Numbered from the stretch's first letter, positions 1-10,868 are shown. The stretch is DNA of 32,000 nucleotides from Candidatus Saccharimonadota bacterium (GCA_042852035.1 BAAFHK010000001.1:600001-632000); one strand, 5' to 3'. Numbers and translations are program-made. The notes: generated from the letters alone by a model not told the origin.

Positions 1-1081
1 CAACTTCTCGACCTCATTCTTTGAGATAAAAGCCAATTGGAGAAAGTGCAGATCACCTAAGATCGCCAAATATACCTCATGATTTAATGAATTCATCTGG
101 ATCTTTTCCATTTGGAATTTCCATAATTCTTACCTCAATATCTTCATTTGCAAGAGACTCAATGGAAAGAAAAGTAGCCTTCACTCAGGCGTCATCACTA
201 TCAAGACACAGGTAAATGGTTTTAGCAAATCGTTTTAGGATATGAATATGTTCTTTTGTTAAGGCTGTTCAGCTTATTCATACAGCATTTTCAATTCATG
301 CCTGATGAAGAGAGATGGTGTCCATTTGCCCTTCAACAACATAGGCCTCACCTGTTTTTGATATAGCTTGCTTAGCAAGATGGAGGCCATAGAGTGTAGA
401 GCTCTTATCAAATATTTTTGATGCTGGAGAATTGAGGTATTTGGGGAGCGCACTATCAAGAACACGACCAGTAAATGCTACTACATGACCCATACTGTTA
501 GCAATAGGGTAGGTAATACGCCCAAAGAATTTATCCCGTCATTCAGAAATAAAGATGCCTGAATCAATAAGGAATTGTGGACTAAATCATTTTTCCTTAA
601 GATAATACCATAAATCCCTCGGGGAAGTGGAACAACCGAGTTGAAACTTTTTTATCGTTGCATCGCTGATTTTTCTCTCTTGCAAATATTGGAGATAACG
701 CTTATTTTCTTCTTTGTAGAGCGATTCATGGTACCATTGTGCAGTTATTCGATAGAGGGCATAGATATCGCCTCCAGCCTCAGCTTTCTCTTTTTGAAAA
801 TCTACCTTGAGCTCTACTCATGCCTCCTTTGCAAGAACTTGAATAGCTTCACGAAATTCAATCTTCTCCATTTCCATCAAAAACTTAATAGGTCCACCCC
901 CTTTCCCACAAGAGAAACAGTGTGCAATATTTTTTTGTGGAGAAATAATAAATGATGGAGATTTTTCATTATGAAACGGACAGAGCGCCTTATAATTCAC
1001 TCCCGCTTTCTTTACATCCACATATCGACCAACGATATCAAGAATGTTGACCCTAGATTCTATATCTTGAGAGAGAGACAC
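1..1081 (-). CDS. dnaG: DNA primase DnaG (C-terminal part runs off the window start)
   Basis: The N-terminus MSLSQDIESRVNILDIVGRYVDVKKAGVNYKALCPFHNEKSPSFIISPQKNIAHCFSCGKGGG is a CHC2 zinc finger. The Toprim region reads ...EAYVVEGQMDTISLHQA[TGA=G]IENAV[G]IS[G]TALT. The frame stays open to position 1 once TGA is read as Gly. Confidence 0.9.
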
Positions 1082-1120
1082 GATTTTTAGTTAAAAATTT
1101 AAGAAGATTAAAAAAGCACT

Positions 1121-2764
1121 CTATCTTCGGATTACAAATTCGATATTATCCAGATTTGAGGAAACCCGTGTGAGCCAAAATGGAGAGAATTTAATTTCCA
1201 CCTCATGAACACGACCCTCTGCTATGAGTCGATTAATAGCCTCCTTTTTGGGAAGTCAAGCAATCATGACTTGCATACGACGAGTAAGTTCATTGCTCGA
1301 GTTTTCGAGATCATAAGTAATAGTCGTATTCATCTCCATTGTGGCCTTAATATTCATGTCATTTTCATCACGAGTTATTATATTAGTAAGACGAAGACTT
1401 TCTTCGTGAATAGCAAGCTCTTTATCGGTTCCAAGAAGAAGTTTTTCTCGAAAAATTCCTGCAAGATAGTTTATTACAGCTTTTCGATCATAGATAAGTG
1501 CGTAAGCATTGATTGATCCTTTCAGTTCTACCTCATCTGCAGGATCTCCAATCTTTTCTCATGACGCAATCACTATCGTTTCACCCGTGAGAACAAGGGC
1601 CTCTCACATCAGAAGAGCATAATCCTCACTATTATTCTCATTCTCATTTTTTAGCCACTCATCTAGATTTGTTCGAGCAGTCCGCTTAAGTTGTTCACGA
1701 AGTATTGCCTTTCATTTTTCAATCTCTGGCTTAGTAATAATTCTAACTGCTGAATCAGCCCCTCAGAGAAAATTTTCTTTTGTCTTTGCATAAACCTTCT
1801 CACGATTGAACTTGAGTCCCGGTATAGAAAGATATGTACCTGTAGGAATATTTCCACGTGATCCAACAATTCTTCAACCTTCATCAAGTTGCTCAGCCTT
1901 GACGTAAACTTCAACCGCACCAATCTCAGTCACTCCATTAACCTGACGAGCTGCAGGAACATTAATCCACTCATCTGTTTTAAATACAATGCCTTCTTCA
2001 GAGACGAATCTCGTATTTGGCTTCATTGCTTGAGGTATTGTAAGCTCATTATAAACGGTAATATGACCTCATGCAGAAGTTGCAGAGTTTTGATCAATAG
2101 TTTCAATTGCAAATCTCATAGAGTACTCTACCGGAATTGAGACTTTTTTAAGCCTTACTTCGTTTTTTTGTGACATAAGAGCTCCGCTCTGTCCTGGGGT
2201 TTGAGTAAATATAATATTCGCACTAATAGGTCTAACTGTTGTCTGTGGAACGACGTAAACATAGGTTTTTGAGACAGCGAAATGGAATATAAACATTAGC
2301 AATGAGAGTGACATGACAAGACCCGCAACAATAAGAAATGTATTCGGAGATCTCTTCTTTATGGTGTGTATTGGTGTTTTTGATCGCTTTCTCGTAAAAA
2401 GAAACTTTAGGTACTCCATTCCTCTTCGGAGTTCGTAAAGAAAATATTCCCACATTGATAGATTATGTGCAAGAATATTTTTTTTAGAGAATTCTCGATC
2501 AAATTCTGCCCTAACTCATGATTTTTCTGCCCCGATTCATAAAGAGTGAGCCATTTCCACTTCATAATCATAACTCAATAAGAGCGAAAATTGATCAACT
2601 CGAAACCTCTTCTTCATTACAAGCAAAACATCGCGCGTAAGAGGAAAGCTTACCTCACTCATATCCACGAGTACTGGAGTTTGGCTATTTTTTATTCGTT
2701 CATCGATGAGTCGGAGTGCCTGAATAAGGGAGAGCTCCTTTCGAAGAATGAGTTTATTATTCAT
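1121..2764 (-). CDS. Conserved hypothetical protein, 547 aa: N-terminal cytoplasmic domain, single TM, large extracytoplasmic domain
   Basis: ORF-track pieces 2537..2764 and 2069..2455 and the sequence down to TAG at 1121-1123 form one frame, interrupted only by TGA. The TM segment is FLIVAGLVMSLSLLMFIFHF. From memory the downstream part (...GSRGNIPTGTYLSIPGLKF...) resembles CPR proteins often annotated baseplate-J-like; this was not verified. Confidence 0.6.
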
Positions 2765-3965
2765 AGTGATAGAGAGTATATCGAAGAATTCGAATTATGG
2801 GATCTTTTTTTATGTGAAGAAGTTCCTGCCCAAGAAAAGAAAGTCAGTGCGTTATAATAAAGTCCTTAGGGATTACTTTCTCTCATACGAGCCCTGAAAG
2901 TTCTTGTATTTTTGTGTGAATTCATACAGATCATTCAATTTGGTTCAAAAAAAGCCTATTTATCCATTCAGAAGAAAATATTCATCACGATACATAAAGA
3001 ACCGTATCCTTAAGGCTATCTTTTTCTTTTTGTATAATACTCAGCAGTGCATCAATAACATACGAAAAGTATTCGGATGCACACTCTTTCCTTATCTCGT
3101 TATCAACCTCATTTGGCTTCATACGCATAAGAAGGCTCTCAATTTCAGTAAATGAATACTCTGGAAAGCTTGCCTGTAGAATATCAATAAGCATCTTTGC
3201 TCATGCAGAAAAAGTTTCAAAGTACGATATTTCTCCATCTATCATTGATACAACGGTCATATGTGTGTATCAGATATCAATAAATAGAGCCTTACGATTC
3301 TCATGCGCACTTTTTTCAACAATCTTCGGAAGTATAACTGGCGTTGGAACTATAGAAATAACATTTTTTCAGAGACTTGAAATAATAGAACGTAGTATAT
3401 TATATTCACTTGCAAGAGTATAGATGTTAAGAACTGAAATACGAACATGCTGTCCCGTCATTCATATAGGGTGAGTAACAGAATTTCCATCTATTGTTAT
3501 AGAGGTAATAGTGCTAGAAATGAGCCGAATATCATCTCGAATAATGGCAAATTCTGACTTTGCCCTATCTTTTACGCGCAGTAGTGAAGTTTTTTCAATT
3601 TTCTCTATCATCAGATCAAGCTCATCCATGCTGAGTGGCTCATCTGAATCATGCCGAATATATTGACTCGAGATACTATCTCCAATACATACCGCTGGAG
3701 AGAAGGCTATAATTATATCATTTGGTATGGATTCTATTCATTTGCATGATTCATGGATTGATTTTTCAATGGTTGCTGCTACTCATTGCATATCCATAAT
3801 TGCTCAATCTTGAAAGTTTCTTTTATTTTGCCTTACATTAGCACATCCATCTAATTTTAATATTCCATCACTCATTGAATATAAAGCGCTCCGAACCCTA
3901 TATGATCAGAGATCTATCGCAATAAAGCGATCATAGGCATGAATGTTCGAAATACGAAATCCCAT
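2757..3965 (-). CDS. FtsA/PilM-family actin-like ATPase (402 aa)
   Basis: Phosphate-1 motif: FIAIDL[TGA=G]SYRVRS. Phosphate-2 motif: ALFIDIGYTHMTVV. Adenosine motif: VLYVS[G][G]IFSS, with both Gly encoded by TGA. The TAA stop at 2757-2759 overlaps the downstream ATG (2762-2764) in ATGAATAA. Confidence 0.65.
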
Positions 3966-3976
3966 AAAGTGGCTCC

Positions 3977-4004
3977 AGTATAGGAATAATATACTTCTTT
4001 GCAA
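3977..4004 (-). promoter_or_regulatory. Sigma70-like promoter for the ftsA-like operon (TTGCAA-N16-TATACT)
   Basis: On the minus strand TTGCAA lies at 3999-4004 and TATACT at 3977-3982, with a 16-nt spacer. The -10 box ends about 12 nt upstream of the ATG at 3965. Confidence 0.45.
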
Positions 4005-4191
4005 GAAGAATTCCTGAAATATCTTGAGAAGAATTCCTTCATTTTTTGCATAGAAAGAAATAATAGTGTAGTATACTAAAAATAGGTTTATGCTCATAAA
4101 AACTCGACTTTCAAATCTTTGGTATCTCTTGTGGTGGTCCATATCACTTTCTTTTGTAGTTATATTTTATCATATAGTGCTATGATCGAAT

Positions 4192-4956
4192 ATGTTTTCT
4201 TTTAATCCAGAGATTCGAACCATTATTGATAATATTTATAAAACCGTCTTTTGACTCATTGTAACATCCATGGTTGCGTCAGTTACAAATATTGTTTTTA
4301 GAGAAATAAAATACTCATTTTGAGCTGATCATCTTATTATCAGGAAGTTCCTTCCAACTCTAAGATTTATTACACTCCTTCTTATATGGATTATTGGATG
4401 ATTTATTATCCTTGAAAGTCTTCATATAAATACTGATGGACTCATTGCATGAGCCGGAATATGAGGAGCAATCTTTGCGATTGCAAGTAGAGATATTATT
4501 GCAAATCTTCTCTGAAGTCTTTCTATCATACTCTCAAAGATGCTTGAGATAGGTGATACCATTCGTGTCAAATGACATGAATGAGTCGTGGAAGAAATCA
4601 CAATGAGTTACACAAAGATTATGAATATTGAAGGAAAAGTAGTCTACATACCAAATAAAATCCTCAGTACTGAATCACTTGAAAATCTTACCCGAAGAAG
4701 ATTTTATCTCTACATTTTTCGTGTTCCATTCAAAAAAACGATCTGACATCCAGATACCGTGAAAGATATGCTTATGCTTATTGAAGGAAAGATTGCTGAA
4801 TACGATCCAATCGATATATCTATTTCAAATGAGATCCCAAACGCTAATGACTTTGTATATGTTTTTGAAGTGCAAATGCCGGAAGAAAACAAAGACTTTG
4901 AAAAAGAAATTCGAGAATACCTTGTTCCATTTATTTTTCCAAAAGAAAATAAATAG
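4192..4956 (+). CDS. mscS: Small-conductance mechanosensitive channel, MscS family (254 aa)
   Basis: Translation with TGA=Gly gives ...DGLIA[G]AGI[G]GAIFAIASRDIIANLL[G]SLSIILSKMLEIGDTIRVK[G]HE[G]VVEEITMSYTKIMNIEGKVVYIPNKIL..., the classic MscS TM3 and beta-domain signature. It ends in TAG. Confidence 0.85.
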
Positions 4957-5044
4957 TACAAATTTTTGCAATAGATATTTTTTCCTTTCCTATAAAAGAA
5001 AATTAAGACAATCACAGTTCAACTCATTATGAACACTACTCGGG

Positions 5045-5072
5045 TTGCAAAAATAGAAAAGTCTCCTATACT
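5045..5072 (+). promoter_or_regulatory. Sigma70-like promoter upstream of mraY (TTGCAA-N16-TATACT)
   Basis: TTGCAA lies at 5045-5050 and TATACT at 5067-5072, with a 16-nt spacer, 16 nt before the mraY ATG. Confidence 0.45.
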
Positions 5073-5087
5073 CACGGGGAATTTTTT

Positions 5088-6131
5088 ATGACTCATCTTT
5101 CCACTCTTCTCTCATATTTACTGATTTGAACAGTAGCTACATTTATTTTTATTCCGCCTTATATCGAATTTCTCTATCGTTATAATCTTTGAAAAAAAAT
5201 TCGAGAGGAATGACTCATAGGGAAGGCAACTGAATTTGCAAAACTTCATGCTCAAAAGATTTGAACCCCAACAATGTGATGAGGGATAATTCTTTTTGTT
5301 ATTTTGATTTTAGTCTTGGGTTCAATTTTTATTCAAAAATTCTCTTCCGAACTTGGACTAACAATACGCTATTCTCTGTGGAATCGAAATGAAACATATC
5401 TCGCCCTATTTACGCTCTTTACTGTTTGAGGCATCTGAATGGTAGATGACTATCTCAATGTTCGCGAAATAGGACGAACCAAGGGTCTTTCTGCTAGAGT
5501 CAAGCTCACCTTATTGTTTCTTTTCGCAGGAATTGGAGCATGGTGGTTTTATGGCAAGCTCCAATTCGATAGTATTAGCTTACCATGGCTTGGTGAGATT
5601 TACCTCTGAATATTTTATATTCCACTTTTTATACTTATAGTAGCAACAACAGCGAATAGCGTGAATTTTACCGATGGCCTTGATGGCCTTGCTGGTGGCA
5701 TTCTCCTGATGAACTTCTGACTTTATGCCTTCATTTGTTACGATAAATGACTCACCATTCTTTCCGCTCTTTGTCTCATTATAGCATGATCTCTCATTTC
5801 TTTCTTGTGGTTTAATATAAAACCTGCATCCTTTTATATGTGAGATACCGGCTCCCTCTCTCTTTGAGCAACATTAGCAGTAATCGCCATGATGACCGAT
5901 ACTCTATCTGTTCTATTTGTAAGTTCTGCGATTTTCTGGCTTGAACTCCTCTCTGTTATCATACAGCTCCTATCAAAAAAACTCAGAAACTGAAAAAAGG
6001 TATTCCGCATTGCACCATTTCATCATCATCTTGAAGCCATTGGCTGGACTGAGGAAACAATTGTTATGAAATTTTGGCTTATAAGCATTGTTTTAGTGGC
6101 ACTTTGAGGGGTAATTAATCAGATAATATAG
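5088..6131 (+). CDS. mraY: Phospho-N-acetylmuramoyl-pentapeptide transferase MraY (347 aa)
   Basis: Motifs present: LYRYNL[G]KKIREE, KI[G]TPTM[G][G]GIIL (TGA TGA at 5277-5282), NSVNFTDGLDGLAGG, YM[G]DTGSLSL[G]A, APFHHHLEAIGWTEETIVMKFW. It ends in TAG at 6129-6131. Confidence 0.95.
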
Positions 6132-6263
6132 TATTATTAATTAAAATTAATTAAAGTAAATATAAATTTCAATTTGTTGGATTTTTACTTTAGAATAGAG
6201 GAAATTTTAGATGCTTCGGCGCTTTTTTCTCTTCAGAAATAGGGTTTCAGGTAATGAAAATGT

Positions 6264-6291
6264 TTGCAATCTATGAGAACGCGTCTATAAT
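6264..6291 (+). promoter_or_regulatory. Sigma70-like promoter upstream of hup (TTGCAA-N16-TATAAT)
   Basis: TTGCAA lies at 6264-6269 and TATAAT at 6286-6291, about 35 nt before the hup ATG. Confidence 0.5.
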
Positions 6292-6325
6292 GCGTCTGTC
6301 CTTTATTTCTTAACTTTTTCTTATT

Positions 6326-6598
6326 ATGAAAAAGCAGGACTTCATCAAGTCAGTAGCAGCTAAAGCTGGTCTTTCTCAGGATGCTGTTGCAAAAGCTCTC
6401 GGTGCTATGATCGAGACTGTTACTAAGTCACTCAAGAAGGGTGAGGAAGTAAACGTTACAGGTTTTGGTGCTTGGAAGGTTTCAAACCGTGCAGCTCGCA
6501 ATGGTGTAAACCCTAAGACAGGTGCTAAAATTAAAATCCCAGCAATGAAGACTCCAGTCTTCCGTGCAGGTAAGACCCTCAAAGAAGCTGTTAGATAA
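6326..6598 (+). CDS. hup: HU-family DNA-binding protein (90 aa)
   Basis: An intact ORF without TGA: MKKQDFIKSVAAKAGLSQDAVAKALGAMIETVTKSLKKGEEVNVTGFGAWKVSNRAARNGVNPKTGAKIKIPAMKTPVFRAGKTLKEAV. This is the canonical HU/IHF fold signature (GFG...R.GRNP.TGE.I.I). Confidence 0.95.
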   Translation: MKKQDFIKSVAAKAGLSQDAVAKALGAMIETVTKSLKKGEEVNVTGFGAWKVSNRAARNGVNPKTGAKIKIPAMKTPVFRAGKTLKEAVR

Positions 6599-6612
6599 TA
6601 AGATGCCTCAAG

Positions 6613-6649
6613 AAATGCCTAGGAAACTGGGCATTTTTTTGTTTTTTTT
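6613..6649 (+). terminator. Rho-independent terminator after hup
   Basis: AAATGCC (6613-6619) pairs with GGCATTT (6630-6636), and a long T run (TTTTTTGTTTTTTTT) follows. Confidence 0.6.
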
Positions 6650-6695
6650 CTTTAATTATGCTAGAATCAATTTTAATGATGATAAAAAATTCTAC

Positions 6696-7235
6696 ATGCA
6701 ACATGTAAACATATCACATTTAGAGTACGAACAAGCACTTAAAGCTCTTCAAATTGCAACGTCCCATCTCTCAAATATTGCAATTACTATTGATTTTGGT
6801 GCTGATTATGCTCAATCAAAAATTATACGTGACTTTGTAAGTCAGATTTTTGAGTACCATAAAATAGAAACCCCTTGGGGATGAAGATTCACTCTTATAA
6901 CTGATGAGCTTATAAATAATGCAATTGAACACTGAAGCAGTGAATGAGATATTGATTCATGCGTAATTGAAGCATGAAGAGAGAAAAATGGATGATTTTA
7001 CATAATTCTCGAAGTACATGATACTGGAAACGGAAAAGATGCAAAGACCGCACATGAAATGTCAATTGTACGAAGCAATAAGAAAGAAAAGATAGAAGGA
7101 GGGATTTATATGGAAAAACGGGGCCGATGACTCTTCCACATTACCGAAAAACTTGTAGACCGTCTTGAGTTTCATGAAAGTCCGAAGTGAGGTCTCGCTG
7201 TCCGTATCGAAAAAGCAATACCAAAAAAAATATAA
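6696..7235 (+). CDS. HATPase_c protein, anti-sigma-factor-type Ser/Thr kinase (RsbW/SpoIIAB-like), 179 aa
   Basis: With TGA=Gly the sequence reads ...RFTLITDELINNAIEH[G]SSE[G]DIDSCVIEA...FYIILEVHDTGNGKD...GRGLFHITEKLVDRLEFHESPK[G]GLAVRIEK, giving N-box, G1 and G2-like motifs. No STAS partner gene is adjacent. Confidence 0.6.
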
Positions 7236-7244
7236 ACTCACTGG

Positions 7245-7281
7245 AAATTACTGACTACCTTAGGTATTCAGTAATTTTTTT
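7245..7281. terminator. Bidirectional hairpin terminator between convergent genes
   Basis: The perfect 10-bp arms AAATTACTGA (7245-7254) and TCAGTAATTT (7268-7277) are preceded by an A run and followed by a T run. Confidence 0.6.
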
Positions 7282-7336
7282 ATGATTTGATTCTATAATC
7301 TCATAACACATACCCTGAGTTTTCCTGCAAATAATT

Positions 7337-8530
7337 TTATATTGCCCATTTTCCGTCACGAAAAACCTCAGTATCACCTATAATAACTGATTCAAGATCT
7401 ACAAAAACATCAATGTGAAATCTTTGAGTCTCAGATTTTGGAAGTTTCTTCCCATATATTCCATGCTTCTTTCACAAGGAAAGATGAACTCAAACTTTTC
7501 TTTCATAAAAGTTAATATCGGAAAGGGGATTTTCCTTATTCATTGCAGGATTGAGTCAATATCACAATTCGCGAACCATAACCTCTCACTCAAACTGAAC
7601 AACAAGATTATAAAGCTTCTGAAATGCCGGAGGAAAATCGGAGGAGGGAAGTACTCTTCACTTTTCGATAGTTAATTCAAATGGATCGCAAATATTAATC
7701 GAGAAATCTTCATTAGGGTAAGTATCAATAAGACACTTTCCATTAACCTCTTCGAGATGAATTGCTTCGGTAAAAGTTTCACCTATAGGAAATGTACCTC
7801 ATTTATTTTCAATTCCAGTATAGTCTCCTGTATTACCGCGAATATTCTCAAGAGCTCAAAAAGTAAGAATACTTCAATTACTCGATACTATTTTTGTTTG
7901 ATTGGCATTTTTCGAGAGTTTTGAAAATTCTTGTTCAAGCCGAATGTACTCATCGCTACGATATATGAGTGATTGAGCGAAAGTATGAATTTCAGATTCT
8001 TTTATGTAGGCAAGGTGATTATGTTCAATAACATGCACTCCTCTATGGAACAATTCAAGTCGAATTCGGAACGTTGAAAGACGGAAGTTTGTTGACTGAA
8101 CAAGGATTACAATACTATTTTTAGGCAGGGAAGTAAGTTCATTTTTTATAGCCTCTACCTGAGGATCCACTTCTACAACCGCTTCAGCCTTTACCTCAAT
8201 TGTCTTATGATGATCGAGTCATGTTGATATATTTTCAGTAATATTATGGGACGTGATAACCCGATTTTGCTCTTTAGAATGAGGATTTTCTGGATTTATA
8301 AGACCCCCCCGATACAGTGGTTGTGGAGGATTTTTAAATTGTCGGATATGGATTTTTGCATTCGTAAACTCCTTATTGACTCAGTTTAAAACATCAATAT
8401 ACGCCCCAGAAAGAAGCCTTGCAAGTGGGGAATCCTCATCATAGAGAAGATAAAGATTTTGATCGAGGCAAAACTTCATGTTCTGAAAAAGAATATCATG
8501 ACAAGATTGCGTAAGTGTATTTTCTTTCAT
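7337..8530 (-). CDS. M29-family (AmpS/PepS/aminopeptidase T-like) aminopeptidase (397 aa)
   Basis: A single frame runs from ATG at 8528-8530 to TAA at 7337-7339 with in-frame TGAs. Recalled family motifs: ...RGNTGDYTGIENK[G]GTFPIGETFTEA..., ...V[G]VHLSL[G]KKHGIYG..., ...RFHIDVFVD.... The family call is from memory. Confidence 0.5.
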
Positions 8531-8558
8531 TGGAGTATGTACGGTTAAAATATTTTGC

Positions 8559-10133
8559 CTATTCTATTGATTTCTTAAAAAACGGAAGTGGATTTTGAGA
8601 TTCAAATATTGCTCCAGCCACGAAGCAAATTCTACTAAATTGTTCTAATGTAATAGATGAGAAGATTTGCTGAACATAATACTCTCCAAGTCATTTTATT
8701 GCATGCATACTAAAAGAAAGGTAGACCTTAGTATCCTTAGTTGATACGAGAAATAATGAGCTCAGTTTCTCATAGGAATAAAATTTATTTATTATATGAT
8801 CTGGAAATGCTCCGGAATTTCTCATAGAAGCATGTATTTCTCAAATAATTGCTTGTATTACTTTTTCTTTCTTTTGTTCAAAGTCACTTAAATCAACCTG
8901 AATGGCTGCCAAAGAAAAAATATGGTCCTCATTTCTTACTGGATTTACCCCGAATTTCAAAGATTCTCATGAGACATACATCGTTCGTGGCTTACTTTTT
9001 ACGGACTCTTTTTTCTTAAGTTTTCCATCTCTCCATTCAAGTCAAAAAGTATGGAATACCGTTCCTACCGTAAGATGATTGCCCTGCTGATAATACTGCT
9101 CCCATGATGAAATATTACTCTCTGAGGGCGGACGAAGCACCGTCGGAACAGTATATCCATGGATTTCTGCGCGAGAAAGGTTTTGTTCATCCTTTTCTGT
9201 ATTCCAAAGCATACATACCTCACGAAATGCATCTCTCATGTTTTTCTTTCTAGCCATAACAGAAGGGAATCGTTGACGCAAAAAACGAGAAAATGGTCAT
9301 GAATGAAGCTGAGACACAGAAGCAAATGGAATGCCTCTATTCAACATTCTCATTCCAGATTTTCTTGGCTTATAATCTCTTTCATAAATTCCAAAAAGTC
9401 CAAGCTCAACGGCTTCTAAGAAGGTTCTAAGCTTTGCATCTGGTAACAAGAGAAATTCACACATGCTTCGATAGTCTTCAAAAAGCAGGACTCACTTATT
9501 TTTTGCATTCTTTTTATTCCATCTTATAGCAAAACGTTTCCAGTTTTGTGGAATAGATCTATTCTGAACTGCCATACATGAAAGTAGACCTTCTTTATCA
9601 GCCGCTAAATATTCGAGCAGCTTATCTTTACTCTCAATCATAGAGTACCTTCAAGAAACACCAGCTAAAGCATATGACTTTGGCTCTCGGATATCATATA
9701 CAGAATCCTCTGGAATAAGTCACATCTCTTCTAAATGAATTAAGAGGGAATGCACACTCGCACGAGATTTGAGGACTACATATCCCACAGCTTGACTGTA
9801 AATAGCATTATACACCTGAACTAGAACAGCAAGCGTCCTCAATCGAGCTTGATAAATAGGGAAGAGAAGTTTATAAAGATTTTCACCATGCTGGTTCCAA
9901 AATTCCCGTATCTTCCTCATTCTTTCTTCGTTATCTGGTGGCTGATTCTCAGATATTCTTGGAAAATCTCTTCTCACGACTTGTGTCACAGATGCCTGAA
10001 CCGATAAAACAAGCTGAGTAATTTCTTCATGAGAAAGATTGGGAATGCCAACTTTCTTTGCCTTATTATATTGAATAAGTATGTCTTGAGCGATTTTCTC
10101 AGGTGTTTGGCTTCGATTTTGATCTTTCAACAT
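8559..10133 (-). CDS. Hypothetical protein (524 aa), no family recognised
   Basis: ORF-track pieces 9720..10133 and 9042..9281 share one frame, which stays open from ATG 10131-10133 to TAG 8559-8561 when TGA=Gly. No TM segment or catalytic motif was recognised. Confidence 0.55.
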
Positions 10134-10173
10134 AAATTATGCTTTAATCAAATTTAAATTTAAGTCAAATATA

Positions 10174-10492
10174 ATTTCATTTAATGAGAATTAATCTCAT
10201 TAAATGAAATAAGAAATTTTGCGATTTAAGCAATTATTTTTATTGGAGAATACCTTTCATCGTCCCGAAGAAAAATTCGGGGATACTGTAAGTGATAACT
10301 TTTTCTTTAAAAAAATATATTTTTTTAAAGAAAATTACACTTATTCGTCCCAAATATAAAAGTAACGAGTTTTATCAAGTGAGTAATTTTCATGAATCTA
10401 TTCCTCTTCTTATCCTATTAATCACTTCACATAAGTTACATTATGTGAAGTGATGTATTTCGAAAAATACAGTTCCGTATTGAATCACGGAA
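10174..10492. repeat. Cluster of six inverted repeats/palindromes in a 396-nt divergent intergenic region
   Basis: The six elements are: (1) a 16-bp perfect hairpin, 10174-10189/10195-10210; (2) a 6-bp stem, CCCGAA/TTCGGG, 10264-10269/10276-10281; (3) a 30-bp perfect palindrome, 10303-10332 (TTCTTTAAAAAAATATATTTTTTTAAAGAA); (4) a 14-bp perfect hairpin, 10421-10434/10441-10454; (5) a 6-bp stem, GTATTT/AAATAC, 10455-10470; (6) a 6-bp stem, TTCCGT/ACGGAA, 10473-10478/10487-10492. Confidence 0.8.
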
Positions 10493-10507
10493 TGAATTTA
10501 CTATACT
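10480..10507 (+). promoter_or_regulatory. Sigma70-like promoter for the DUF360 gene (TTGAAT-N16-TATACT)
   Basis: TTGAAT lies at 10480-10485 and TATACT at 10502-10507, 22 nt before the ATG at 10530. Confidence 0.4.
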
Positions 10508-10529
10508 AAGGCTAACTTTTGATTCTCCT

Positions 10530-10868
10530 ATGTCTTATATTCTCCAATTTCTCGCCACTGCAGCAGCACTCTACTTCAGCACCCAGTATATACCACTTGA
10601 TATCCTTCATGCGAGCTGAGGATCGAGCTCCTTACTTGTATTTGTTATTGTTCTCACCATACTCAATACAATACTTTGAACAATTCTTAGACTTATAACC
10701 TTCCCTATCAACTTCATAACCCTTGGGCTATCATCATTTTTGATTTCTGTACTCATGGTTTATATTACCTGACGTATCGTAACTGGAATAGAAATTACCC
10801 TTATTGGATTGCCAATAGTTGCCTTCATTACTTCAATTATCGCGATTATATTTCGAGCCTTCCGATAA
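10530..10868 (+). CDS. DUF360 / phage-holin-superfamily-IV-like 4-TM membrane protein (112 aa)
   Basis: MSYILQFLATAAALYF...LVFVIVLTILNTIL[G]TILRLITFPINFITLGLSSFLISVLMVYIT[G]RIV... matches the remembered PF04020 pattern (..P....TLGL....I...). It ends in TAA at 10866-10868. Confidence 0.6.

Noticed and set aside
1663-1923. An 86-aa minus-strand ORF inside the 1121..2764 gene region.
   Set aside because: It is in a different frame from the continuous code-25 reading frame that links 2764 to 1121, so it is an overlapping spurious ORF.
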